Origin: a virus
Taxonomy: Duplodnaviria; Heunggongvirae; Uroviricota; Caudoviricetes
Reading direction: 5' to 3' (one strand)
Virus record (IMG/VR): IMGVR_UViG_3300043080_000590
Location: 322,386 to 379,029 of that record
Length of the DNA stretch: 56,644 nucleotides
In this document: positions 10,694 through 20,835 of the stretch, piece by piece
How the letters are laid out: the number at the start of each line of letters is the position of its first letter
How positions within the stretch are numbered: position 1 is the stretch's first letter
Position numbers and translations under genes: made by a program
The notes under the pieces: model-generated
What the model saw: the letters and a program-made list of their open reading frames with translations, nothing else
Told to the model about the DNA's origin: nothing
Databases searched by the model: none

Positions 10694-11548
10694 ATGAATA
10701 ATTTAATTCCACCTTGTTCTTATCAAGGCGGTAAACAAAGACTTGCAAAACAAATTGTAGATATTATATATAAAGAAAATAATATTGATAAAAATACAAA
10801 GTTTTTTGATATTTGTTGTGGTAGCGGAGCTGTTAGTTTAGAATTAATAAATAATAACTTTAATCCTAATAACATTACAATGATTGATATAAATATTTTT
10901 GGACTTTTCTATGAATATGTTTCTAAAAATAAATTTGATTTAAATATTTTTAAAGAAGAAATAGATAAATTACCTGATAAAGAATACATACAACTTTACT
11001 TAAAACAATTAAGTAATTTACCTATCGATAAAGAAAAATTAGTATATCAATATTTATTATTGCAAGCAGGTAGCTTTGGTAGCAAACAAATTTATATAAA
11101 GGACGATAAATGGAAGAATAACACATTTAGAAATTATTGGCAACCTACTAAAAATAGTAATAGGAAAAGTCCTGTCAACCCTATGATGCCAATGGTTGAT
11201 ACATTATTTGAAAGGGTAGAAAATATTGTAAATAATTTAAGTGGTAAGATTGTTGCATACAATGATGATATTTTTAATATATTAAATATTTTTTCTAATT
11301 TAGATAACAATGCGATTATTTACATTGACCCACCGTACTCAAACACGACAAAATATAAAGATAGTTTTGATATTTATGAATTGATTGATAAGTTAAAAAA
11401 CATAAATGATTTTGCTATTTATATATCAGAAGGTGTTGAGTTAGATAATGCCAAAAATACTTATTTACTTTCGAAAGGTAGGACTAAAGGTAATATTAGT
11501 GGTAATGTAATCAAAAAGCCTGTTGAGGAATGGTTAAATAAATTCTAA
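10694..11548 (+). CDS. Dam-like (D12 class) adenine methyltransferase
   Basis: SYQGGK, FDICCGSG, IDPPY. Confidence 0.85.
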   Translation: MNNLIPPCSYQGGKQRLAKQIVDIIYKENNIDKNTKFFDICCGSGAVSLELINNNFNPNNITMIDINIFGLFYEYVSKNKFDLNIFKEEIDKLPDKEYIQLYLKQLSNLPIDKEKLVYQYLLLQAGSFGSKQIYIKDDKWKNNTFRNYWQPTKNSNRKSPVNPMMPMVDTLFERVENIVNNLSGKIVAYNDDIFNILNIFSNLDNNAIIYIDPPYSNTTKYKDSFDIYELIDKLKNINDFAIYISEGVELDNAKNTYLLSKGRTKGNISGNVIKKPVEEWLNKF

Positions 11549-11575
11549 AAATAAATTTTGAGAGGAATATAAATA

Positions 11576-11908
11576 ATGAAATACAAACTAACAACTAAAG
11601 AATATATAACTTGGATAAAAAAAGATATAAAAAGATTATATTATATAATATGTTATTTTACTAAAGCATTGTTTAATGTAGATAAAAATATTTTACTAAG
11701 TAAAGATTTTAAAGTGGATAGTTATATTATTACTTTTCATTCTGACGATTATAACGGAGCTTGTTATGATGAAAGAAGATTTGATAATTTTAAAGATGCT
11801 TATGAACTTTACGAATTAAGTAAAAATCAAGAATGTAGAGAAGATTTTGTAAGATTGCATATTTCTATTGAATATATTGGAAACATAGAAATAGCAAGAT
11901 ATAAATAA
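11576..11908 (+). CDS. Hypothetical protein; 5' end nearly matches a spacer of array B
   Basis: RBS GAGG; 11591-11624 is 28/34 identical to the spacer at 10081-10114. Confidence 0.75.
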   Translation: MKYKLTTKEYITWIKKDIKRLYYIICYFTKALFNVDKNILLSKDFKVDSYIITFHSDDYNGACYDERRFDNFKDAYELYELSKNQECREDFVRLHISIEYIGNIEIARYK

Positions 11909-11920
11909 GAGGTTTAATAT

Positions 11921-12310
11921 ATGAGAGAAATTATTTTTTTAATAAGTATTTTATTTTTTCACGTAATAGAAGATTTTCATTTACAAGGGTGGTTAGCTTC
12001 TGCCAAACAAAAGACTTGGTGGATAAAAAACAATTCTAATGAAACGTATAAATATGATTATGTTGTAATATTACTTGTACATTCGTTTTCATGGACTGTT
12101 ATGATACATATACCAATTTTAATTTATATGTATTTATTTAATATTTCAGTAGATGTTTCTGATTTTTCGTTTATGTTTATATTAACGATAATTATACATT
12201 GCCTTACTGATAATGCAAAAGCCAATTTATATAAAATAAATCTTATTCAAGACCAGTTAATTCATTTATTACAAATTATTATACTGTGGATTACTTACAT
12301 AAATTTATAA
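11921..12310 (+). CDS. DUF3307-like membrane protein
   Basis: H-x-x-x-DFHLQ, H-x-x-x-D-x-x-K and DQ-x-x-H motifs with hydrophobic helices. Confidence 0.75.
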   Translation: MREIIFLISILFFHVIEDFHLQGWLASAKQKTWWIKNNSNETYKYDYVVILLVHSFSWTVMIHIPILIYMYLFNISVDVSDFSFMFILTIIIHCLTDNAKANLYKINLIQDQLIHLLQIIILWITYINL

Positions 12311-12325
12311 AAAGAAAGGAAATGA

Positions 12326-12763
12326 ATGATGAAAAAATTAAAATTATGGATTTATAATTTTATTGTTAATGCTATTGCTGCTGATGACGATTTAAATTTA
12401 ACAGGTAAGCAAAGAAGTCAATTATTTAGTTTAACAAATAAATTTAAGGTTAGAAATTGTAAAAAGAATTTAATTTATATAAGTCACCCTTATCAAGATA
12501 AAAAAGAAAATATTGAGGATATAGAAAAAATCATCAATAGTTTGGCAAAGAAATATGATGAATATACATTTGTTTCTCCTGTTCATTGTTTCGGATTTAT
12601 GTATACAACCGTTTCTTATGATAGAGGTTTAGACTTCTGTCTTGATTTGTTAGATTGCTGTGAACAAATGTGGGTGTTTGGTGATTATACAAATAGTACA
12701 GGTTGCACTAAAGAAATTGAATATTGTATTGCAAATAATATTAAATATAAAATTTTTAGTTAA
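12326..12763 (+). CDS. DUF4406/nucleoside deoxyribosyltransferase-like protein
   Basis: YISHPY, SPVH, LLDCCEQMWVFG, STGCTKEIEY. Confidence 0.7.
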   Translation: MMKKLKLWIYNFIVNAIAADDDLNLTGKQRSQLFSLTNKFKVRNCKKNLIYISHPYQDKKENIEDIEKIINSLAKKYDEYTFVSPVHCFGFMYTTVSYDRGLDFCLDLLDCCEQMWVFGDYTNSTGCTKEIEYCIANNIKYKIFS

Positions 12764-13019
12764 TAAAAAAAAGAGGGTAGATAAAACTACTCTCTTTTTA
12801 ATTATTATAATATCAAGATTATTAGGGTTATAATACATATACTATCTATCTTATTTTGCGTTTAAATGGCGTTTTTAGACGATATATGTATACGCTTGTA
12901 GAATTTATTGTTTACGTATGTTAAAATCAAAAATAAGGGCATTTATGTGTAAAATACAGCTATACATTTTGAAAATTAATAAGAGCTATTGATTTTATAC
13001 TATATCTGTCCGTCATTCT

Positions 13020-13495
13020 ATAATTTTTATTTTATAAATCTTTGTGTTTTAATTTTTTATATTTAATTATTAATAATTATTTATATATATTATTATAGAT
13101 TAGTATATATATAACCTTTAATATATAATTAATTATTAATATATTAAAGAATAATCATACATGTATATATTAATTATTTTATATATTAATTTAATATATA
13201 TAGATATACTAATATGAATCACTATAGTATAATTTAATATATATATACATGATTATTAATGATTAATATATAGTAGTAGTAGGGGATACCCCAAAATGTT
13301 GATAAGTGCCTCAAATGAGTACTATGTACTCGAATAAGTATGTTAATAACGTGTTGATAAATATGCTAGTTATAAACATTATCAACATTCATTAACATAG
13401 TTTGAAAAATAAAATAATTTCTTATGTTGATAAAAATAGACTTATTAACACCTATTAACATACAATGTTGATAACTATGTTGATAATGTGAATAA
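13020..13495. other. Putative DnaA-dependent replication origin (oriC-like)
   Basis: About 250 bp of extreme AT, then (TAG)4 at 13271-13282, GGGATACCCC, then about 10 DnaA-box-like 9-mers (TGTTGATAA or its reverse complement x6, TGTGAATAA, TTATTAACA variants). Confidence 0.75.
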
Positions 13496-13510
13496 CTTTC
13501 TAAGGGAAAA

Positions 13511-14269
13511 ATGATGAATGAGTATGAATTGTATAATGATGATTGTTTAGAACGAATGAAAAATATTGATGATAAATCTATTGATTTGATATTAACTGAT
13601 TTGCCATACGGTACTACTAATTGTAAGTGGGATTCAATTATACCATTAGATTTATTATGGGAACAATATAATAGAATTATTAAAGATAATGGGGCTATTC
13701 TTTTATTTGCACAAACACCATTTGATAAGATATTGGGTTGTTCTAACTTAAAAATGTTGAGATATGAATGGATATGGGAAAAGACACAAGCAACAGGACA
13801 TTTAAATGCTAAGAAAATGCCTATGAAAGCCCACGAAAATATATTAGTATTTTATAAAAAATTGCCTACATACAATCCTCAAAAAATCCAAGGGTGTAAT
13901 CCTGCACACGGAGCTGTAAGAAAAGCAACAGTTTGTAATAAAACACAAGTATATGGAAAGGTGAAAGAAGATTCTGTTTATGAAGGTGGTAATACAGATA
14001 GATATCCTCGTTCTGTAATAATATTTGCTTCTGATAAACAAACTTGTTGTTTACACCCTACACAAAAGCCTGTTGCTTTATGTGAATATTTAATTAAAAC
14101 ATATTCTAATGAAAATGATATAGTCTTGGATAGCTGTATGGGGAGTGGAACTACAGGAATAGCTTGTTTAAATACTAATAGAAAATTCATAGGAATTGAA
14201 AAAGATATAGAATATTTTAATATAACTAAAAAAAGAATTGATGATTTTTTTAAAGGAGAAAAACATTGA
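13511..14269 (+). CDS. Beta-class N4C/N6A DNA methyltransferase (paralog 1)
   Basis: TDLPY, HPTQKP, DSCMGSGTT. Confidence 0.9.
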   Translation: MMNEYELYNDDCLERMKNIDDKSIDLILTDLPYGTTNCKWDSIIPLDLLWEQYNRIIKDNGAILLFAQTPFDKILGCSNLKMLRYEWIWEKTQATGHLNAKKMPMKAHENILVFYKKLPTYNPQKIQGCNPAHGAVRKATVCNKTQVYGKVKEDSVYEGGNTDRYPRSVIIFASDKQTCCLHPTQKPVALCEYLIKTYSNENDIVLDSCMGSGTTGIACLNTNRKFIGIEKDIEYFNITKKRIDDFFKGEKH

Positions 14270-15018
14270 GTAATTATGAAATTTACAATGATGATTGTTT
14301 AGAAAAAATGAAAGATATTTCTGATGAAAGTATAGATATGATTCTTTGTGATTTGCCTTATGGAACAACAGCTTGTAAATGGGATGTAATTATCCCATTT
14401 GATAAGTTATGGGAACAGTATGAAAGGATAATAACGAATACAGGTGTAATTTGTTTATTCGGACAAGAACCATTTTCAAGTATGTGTAGAATGAGTAATT
14501 TAAATTTATATAGATATGATTATGTATGGCAAAAACAAAAACCAAGTAATTTTCAATTGATGAATTATCAATGTGGTAGAGTTCACGAAAACATAATGAT
14601 TTTTAGCAAAGCAAAGGCTTGTTATACTAAAAATGGTGCTAAAATAAATTATTTTCCAATAATGGAAAAAAGAGAAAAAGTAAGAAAAGCTAATGCTAAA
14701 ATTTATAATAATGGTAAAGCAGACTTATTACATAATTACAAAACAGAAGATAATTTCAAAACCTATGAAGAAAAACACCCTATTTCTGTTTTAAAATTTA
14801 ACGCAGTAGAGCATAGAGTTCATCCAACTCAAAAACCTATTGATTTATTAGAATATCTAATTAAAACATTTACTAAAGAGAATATGACTGTATTAGATAA
14901 TTGTATGGGTAGTGGTAGTACGGGTGTTGCTTGTTTAAATATAAATAGGAATTTCATAGGGATAGAGAAAGAGAAAAAATATTTTGATATTGCAAAGGAC
15001 AGATTAAAAGATGTTTGA
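14266..15018 (+). CDS. Beta-class N4C/N6A DNA methyltransferase (paralog 2)
   Basis: CDLPY, HPTQKP, DNCMGSGST. Confidence 0.9.
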   Translation: MSNYEIYNDDCLEKMKDISDESIDMILCDLPYGTTACKWDVIIPFDKLWEQYERIITNTGVICLFGQEPFSSMCRMSNLNLYRYDYVWQKQKPSNFQLMNYQCGRVHENIMIFSKAKACYTKNGAKINYFPIMEKREKVRKANAKIYNNGKADLLHNYKTEDNFKTYEEKHPISVLKFNAVEHRVHPTQKPIDLLEYLIKTFTKENMTVLDNCMGSGSTGVACLNINRNFIGIEKEKKYFDIAKDRLKDV

Positions 15019-15763
15019 AAATTGTAATTATGAATTATTTCACGGTGATTGTTTAGAGGTAATGAATAATTTAATAAATAATAATATAAAAGTTGATTTA
15101 ATCTTAACAGATTTACCTTATGAAACAACAAAATGTAAATGGGATATTTTAATTCCTTTTGAAGATTTATGGGATAGATATAATAAATTAACAGAAGATA
15201 ATACACCTATTGTTTTATTTGGGCAAGAACCTTTTAGCTCTTTATTAAGAACAAGTAATTTAGAAAATTACAAGTATGATATTTATTGGGAAAAAGAAAG
15301 ATTAACTAATATAAATCAAGTTAAAAAAAGAGTAGGAAAAACTGTTGAAACTATTTCTATCTTTTATAAAAAACAATGTATTTACAATCCTCAAATGATT
15401 AAATATGATGGTAAACCGAGAAGCAATAAAGTAAAGAATGGTAAATTAGGAAAATTAACTGATGATAATGAAAAGAAAGTATTTGAATATAAAGATACAG
15501 GGTGGAGATATCCTACACAAGTTTGGAAATATCAAAGAGATTGTCTAACTTCTAATTTACATCCTACTCAGAAACCAATTAAGTTATTAGAAGATTTAAT
15601 AAAAACTTTCTCTAATGAAAATGCAATTGTATTAGATAGTTGTATGGGTTCAGGTAGCACAGGAGTTGCCTGTTTAAATACTAATAGAAAGTTTATAGGC
15701 ATTGAGAAAAATGATGAATATTTTAATATAGCTAAAAAAAGAATTGAGGAGCTTGTTTTATGA
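15011..15763 (+). CDS. Beta-class N4C/N6A DNA methyltransferase (paralog 3)
   Basis: TDLPY, HPTQKP, DSCMGSGST. Confidence 0.9.
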   Translation: MFENCNYELFHGDCLEVMNNLINNNIKVDLILTDLPYETTKCKWDILIPFEDLWDRYNKLTEDNTPIVLFGQEPFSSLLRTSNLENYKYDIYWEKERLTNINQVKKRVGKTVETISIFYKKQCIYNPQMIKYDGKPRSNKVKNGKLGKLTDDNEKKVFEYKDTGWRYPTQVWKYQRDCLTSNLHPTQKPIKLLEDLIKTFSNENAIVLDSCMGSGSTGVACLNTNRKFIGIEKNDEYFNIAKKRIEELVL

Positions 15764-16509
15764 AATATTTTGGTAGTAAAAGTAGAATAGCAAAACAAAT
15801 AATACCAATTATTCAGGAATATATTGATAAAGGTAATTTTGATACATATATTGAGCCTTTTTGTGGCGGTGCAAATGTAATAGATAAAATAAATTGTAAA
15901 AATAAAATTGGTTATGATTTAAACAAATATTTAATTGCACTATTAAATTATGTAAAAGACGGTGGAGAATTATATTCATCAGTAGATAAAGATTTATATG
16001 ATAAAGCAAGAACAGCTTTTTATAATAATGACAATTCTACATTTACTGATTGGCAAATTGGCAATATTGGTTTTCTTGCTTCTTATAATGGTCGTTTTTA
16101 TGATGGTGGATATGCAAAGTCAGGTTATGAAAAGACTAAAAAAGGTCAAAGGTATAGAGATTATTATAGAGAAAGTAAAGATAATTTACTTAATCAAGCT
16201 CCTGATTTGAAAGATATTAAATTTATAAATAAAGATTATAAAGATATAATTCTTCCTGATGATTGTTTAGTATATTGTGACCCACCGTATAAAAATACTA
16301 AAAAGTTTTACATAGATAAGAATTTTGATTATGATGCTTTTTGGAATAAGATAAGAGAATGGAGTAAAGACCATATTGTTTTAGTTAGCGAACAAGAAGC
16401 ACCTGATGATTTTGTTTCTATATGGGAAAAAGATGTAAATAGAAGTATTAATGTTAATAACAAATTTAGTGTAACTGAAAATATATTCATACATAAAAGT
16501 TTAACGTGA
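15760..16509 (+). CDS. Dam-like (D12 class) adenine methyltransferase
   Basis: KYFGSK, YIEPFCGG, CDPPY. Confidence 0.9.
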   Translation: MKYFGSKSRIAKQIIPIIQEYIDKGNFDTYIEPFCGGANVIDKINCKNKIGYDLNKYLIALLNYVKDGGELYSSVDKDLYDKARTAFYNNDNSTFTDWQIGNIGFLASYNGRFYDGGYAKSGYEKTKKGQRYRDYYRESKDNLLNQAPDLKDIKFINKDYKDIILPDDCLVYCDPPYKNTKKFYIDKNFDYDAFWNKIREWSKDHIVLVSEQEAPDDFVSIWEKDVNRSINVNNKFSVTENIFIHKSLT

Positions 16510-16518
16510 GGAAAAATA

Positions 16519-17283
16519 ATGGAAATAAATAAAGTTTATAATATGGATTGTTTAGAGTTATTAAAAACAATAGATAAAAATTCAATAGATTTAATTCTTA
16601 TAGACCCACCATATTTAATTAGTCGTGATAGTCATTTTACCCAAGGTGCTAAAAATGATGAAATGAAAAATAAATATGGAAAACATAAAATAGATTTTGG
16701 TGATTGGGATAAAGGAGAATTAAATCTTCAAAATATATTATCTGAAAGTTATAGAATATTAAAAGATAATGGCACTTTAATAATGTTTTATGATTTTTGG
16801 AAAATGCAAGAAGTAAAAGAAACTGCTGAACAAATAAAATTTAAGCAACCAAGGTTAGGTATATTTAATAAAACTAATCCTGTACCTGTAAATGCTAAAA
16901 TTAATTATTTATCTAATGCGAAAGAGTTTTTTGTTACTTTCGTAAAGAAGTCAAAACCAACTTTTAATTCTTATTATGATAATGCAGAATATTATTTATC
17001 TGAAAATTCAGAAGTAGCAGATACATATTATTTTCCAATAGTACACGGTAAGGAAAGAACTAAACATCCTACTCAAAAGCCATTATCTTTAATAAAAGAT
17101 TTAATAAAGAAACATAGTAATGAAGATGATATAGTATTAGATTTCTTTGCAGGTAGTGGTACAACAGGAGTAGGTGCTTCTGAATTAAATAGAAATTATA
17201 TATTATGTGAAATAAATAAAGAGTATTGTGAAATAATCGAAGAAAGATTATCTAAAGAAGAATTGTCCAAAGATATAAATTAA
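16519..17283 (+). CDS. Beta-class N4C/N6A DNA methyltransferase
   Basis: IDPPY, HPTQKP, DFFAGSGTT. Confidence 0.9.
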   Translation: MEINKVYNMDCLELLKTIDKNSIDLILIDPPYLISRDSHFTQGAKNDEMKNKYGKHKIDFGDWDKGELNLQNILSESYRILKDNGTLIMFYDFWKMQEVKETAEQIKFKQPRLGIFNKTNPVPVNAKINYLSNAKEFFVTFVKKSKPTFNSYYDNAEYYLSENSEVADTYYFPIVHGKERTKHPTQKPLSLIKDLIKKHSNEDDIVLDFFAGSGTTGVGASELNRNYILCEINKEYCEIIEERLSKEELSKDIN

Positions 17284-17382
17284 GGAGAGTTTAATAAAAC
17301 TCTCTTTTTTGTATATAAAAAGATATAAAAATAAATTTTTTATAGAATTTAGAAAAAATACCGTATTTTTTGTAAAAAAAAG

Positions 17383-17411
17383 TTGATTATTTATAAAAAA
17401 TATGGTATAAT
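17383..17411 (+). promoter_or_regulatory. Sigma-A-type promoter of clpPX
   Basis: TTGATT-17-TATAAT with extended TG. Confidence 0.7.
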
Positions 17412-17445
17412 TAAGCAAAACAAAAAAACAAAGGAGGAACTAATA

Positions 17446-18024
17446 ATGTTAGTACCTATTGTAGTTGAAAAAGAAGGTGCTGGTGAGAGGTCTTATGACA
17501 TTTACAGTAGACTTTTAAAAGATAGAATAATATTGATTACAGAAGAAATTACAGATAATTTGGCTTCTGTTGTAGTTGCTCAATTATTATTCTTACAATC
17601 AGAAGACCCGAAAAAAGATATAAATATATATATTATGTCACCAGGTGGTTCAGTAACTGCTGGATTGGCTATATTTGATACAATGAAAACATTAAGTTGT
17701 GATGTTTCCACTATTTGTATGGGTATGGCTGCAAGTATGGGTGCATTTTTACTTGCAGGTGGTACAAAGGGAAAGAGATATGCTTTATCTAATGCTGAAA
17801 TTATGATACATCAACCATTGGGCGGTGCACAAGGTCAAGCAACTGATATCATGATTAGAGCTGAAAATATAAAGAAGTGTAGAGATAGATTAGAAAAACA
17901 TTTATCTAGTTTTACAGGTCAAACACTTAATAAAATTCATAAAGATTGTGAAAGAGATAACTTTATGACAGCAGAAGAAGCTAAAGAGTATGGTTTGATT
18001 GATGAAATTATTGAACCTAAGTAA
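17446..18024 (+). CDS. clpP: ATP-dependent Clp protease proteolytic subunit
   Basis: [36 protein letters not shown] (catalytic triad intact); RBS AAGGAGG before ATG 17446. Confidence 0.95.
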   Translation: MLVPIVVEKEGAGERSYDIYSRLLKDRIILITEEITDNLASVVVAQLLFLQSEDPKKDINIYIMSPGGSVTAGLAIFDTMKTLSCDVSTICMGMAASMGAFLLAGGTKGKRYALSNAEIMIHQPLGGAQGQATDIMIRAENIKKCRDRLEKHLSSFTGQTLNKIHKDCERDNFMTAEEAKEYGLIDEIIEPK

Positions 18025-18035
18025 TAAGGGGGTAT

Positions 18036-18531
18036 GTGACGATGGCGAAGAAAACAAAAGATACAGAAGATTTATCAAAATGTGTATTTTGTGGTAAGAC
18101 AGACGAACAGCTTACAGATGGATTTTTAATTCAAAGTCCTCTTGATGAAAATGTATGTATTTGTTCTGGTTGTTTAAACGAAGCACATCAGCTTTTAATA
18201 AATGAAACTCAAATGATTGAAGAAAATGGTGACAATAAAGCTAAGGAAGCTATTAAAATTGCAAAAGCACTTCCAAAGCCTATTGAAATAAAGGCTTTTC
18301 TTGACGATTATATTGTTGGTCAGGATAAAGCTAAGAAAACAATATCTGTTGCTACATACAATCACTACAAGAGAATTACAAGTAGTATAATGGGCGATGA
18401 GATTCAAAAGAGTAATGTATTACTTCTTGGTCCAACGGGCAGTGGCAAGACATTAATTGCTAGAACAATAGCAAAAATGTTAGATTTACCTTTTGCAATT
18501 GCTGATGCAACTTCATTAACAGAAGCAGGGT
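18036..18531 (+). CDS. clpX: ClpX ATPase, exon 1
   Basis: C4 zinc-binding domain, [18 protein letters not shown]. Confidence 0.92.
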
Positions 18532-18963
18532 TGACTGTTCTTGCTTAAAAAAACTAACCTATGTATAAAAAATATACATAAAGCAAGAATTAGCTCGCTA
18601 TTATAGAAATATAATAGGCAAAGTGTGACAAGAATCTGGGAAAATTTGGTTATTTCAATCAGAACGGAAGTATAATTTTAAAAGGTTATACACGTACAAC
18701 GCATAGAATTGAACCATCATTTATAAATTATGAATGATGAATATAATATTCCACGAGGTCGCACCACGAATACATAAAGGGTATTCTCAAATAGAAGTAG
18801 CTTCACTATTTGACCTAACGTAAAAACGAGGGTGAAAAGCTATGCTGAACTGAGTATGAATTGACATACGATAGATACTAATACACAAGCGTTCTCTATT
18901 AGTATTGAAGAATGTAATGTTCCAGAATTAAGGGATAAAAAGCCTTTAAGATAACAAAAATTG
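18532..18963 (+). mobile_element. Group I intron (432 nt, no ORF) in clpX
   Basis: Junction T|AT rebuilds [14 protein letters not shown]; U at 5' site, terminal G; P3 GTGTGAC/GTCGCAC; P7 GCATA/TATGC. Confidence 0.9.
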
Positions 18964-19736
18964 ATGTAGGTGAGGACGTAGAAAATATATTATTAAAACT
19001 CATTCAAGCAGCAGATGGTAACGTACAGCTTGCAGAAAGAGGAATTATCTTTGTTGATGAAATAGATAAACTTGCTAGGAAAACGCAGAATGTATCTATC
19101 ACAAGAGATGTAAGTGGAGAGGGCGTTCAGAACGCTTTACTTAAAATCATAGAAGGTACAGTTGCGAATGTTCCACCTCAGGGTGGCAGAAAACATCCTA
19201 ATCAGGAATTTATAAAGATTGATACAAGTAATATCCTATTTATTTGTGGCGGTGCTTTCCAAGGTATTGAAAAGATTATTAAACAGAGATTGGGTAAGAA
19301 AACTATTGGCTTTAATAAGGAGAGTATTATAACCAATGATGAAGAATATTTGAAGTATTTACAACCAGAAGATTTAATTCAATATGGATTGATTCCTGAG
19401 TTTGTTGGTAGACTTCCTATTGTTAGTACTCTTGATAAGTTGACAGAAGATGCACTTGTTAGAATATTGACAGAACCTAAAGATTCACTTGTATCTCAAT
19501 ATCAGAAGTTATTTGCACTTGATGATATTGAACTTAGCTTTACAGACGAAGCACTTAAACTTATTGCTAACATTGCAATTAAGCGTGATTTAGGTGCAAG
19601 AGGTCTTAGAAGTATTATGGAAGAAATTATGGAAGATGTAATGTTTACATCCCCATCAGAAGAAGTTTATACAATTACCATTACAGAAGATTTTGTGAGA
19701 GAAAATTTAGTTAATGATATTAAAGAAGAAGCTTAA
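18964..19736 (+). CDS. clpX: ClpX ATPase, exon 2 (spliced product about 422 aa)
   Basis: [24 protein letters not shown] loop, GARGLR; most of this exon is missed by the ORF track. Confidence 0.92.
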
Positions 19737-19749
19737 TTAAGAAGAAGGA

Positions 19750-20070
19750 GTGTTTTTTATGCAACCACCTATTAAAGTACCACCAGCACAAAATAAGAAA
19801 ATCAAAAAGGATAAAAGAGTTAAGAAGAATAGAATCTCTCAAATGAGAAGATTTGCAAGGAAACTTGATTTTTTTGAAATTCTTGCAGGTATTTTCTGTA
19901 TTATTGCTTTTTGGGGAACAAAATTCCTAAATTTAGATATAAATGGTCAGGTTCTTTGCTTTGCAATAGCAGCATTAGTTATTTTGCTTATTGTTGTAAT
20001 TTTAGAGTGGATGAAACATATTTTAAATCTACTTATTGATATTAGACAAGCTTTGTATGATAAAGAGTAA
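19750..20070 (+). CDS. Hypothetical membrane protein (2 TM)
   Basis: Basic N-terminus, two hydrophobic helices, RBS AAGGAG. Confidence 0.65.
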   Translation: MFFMQPPIKVPPAQNKKIKKDKRVKKNRISQMRRFARKLDFFEILAGIFCIIAFWGTKFLNLDINGQVLCFAIAALVILLIVVILEWMKHILNLLIDIRQALYDKE

Positions 20071-20242
20071 TTTATAAATAATTATATTTAAATCTCTTAG
20101 CAAAAAGAAGGTATTTTATCTTCTTTTTGCTTTTTTATTGATAGAATTGACGTATAAATTTTATTGACGGCTATATTATTAAAAAGAATAACTAAATAAT
20201 AAGAATAAAATTTTTATTAAATTAGTTCTTATTAATGGGGGA

Positions 20243-20719
20243 GTGGTTGTGGGAGTATATATTTTGGGGTTTTTTATAATTGTAATTATAGTATGTGCTT
20301 TTATGTATAAAGCTGTTCAATATAATAAAAAAAGAACAGAAGAATATGAAACAGTAAGAGAAAGCATAAAACATACATTAAGAAAATATGAAACAATCAA
20401 ACAAGAAATACCAGATTGTACTTATTTAAGAAAGAATTTAACAAGTAATATTTCTATTCTAAATGATGTCATAGAGTATAATATGGCACTTAATCTTATT
20501 ATTGTAGATAAATTTAATGTTCATCAAATGAAACAAATTCAATATGAATTGGCATATACTCAATTTTCAAAAGAATTAGTTGAATTTTTAGATGTAATGG
20601 AGTATTTATTTATATTAATTGATATAACAAATCATCCTTATCGTACTTTATTAAAACAAATATTTAAAAATCATAGAAAAGCAGATATTATTTTTCATTA
20701 TATTTACATTAAAAACTAA
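20243..20719 (+). CDS. Hypothetical protein with N-terminal TM helix
   Basis: Hydrophobic N-terminus; GGGGAG RBS. Confidence 0.55.
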   Translation: MVVGVYILGFFIIVIIVCAFMYKAVQYNKKRTEEYETVRESIKHTLRKYETIKQEIPDCTYLRKNLTSNISILNDVIEYNMALNLIIVDKFNVHQMKQIQYELAYTQFSKELVEFLDVMEYLFILIDITNHPYRTLLKQIFKNHRKADIIFHYIYIKN

Positions 20720-20835
20720 TTGTTTTTTATTGTTAAAATACGGATATATTTATTATCCATATTTTTTAATTATTTTAATTGTTTAAAAATTTATTTATTT
20801 AGTAAATAAATTTAGAAGGAGAAAGTAAAGGATGT

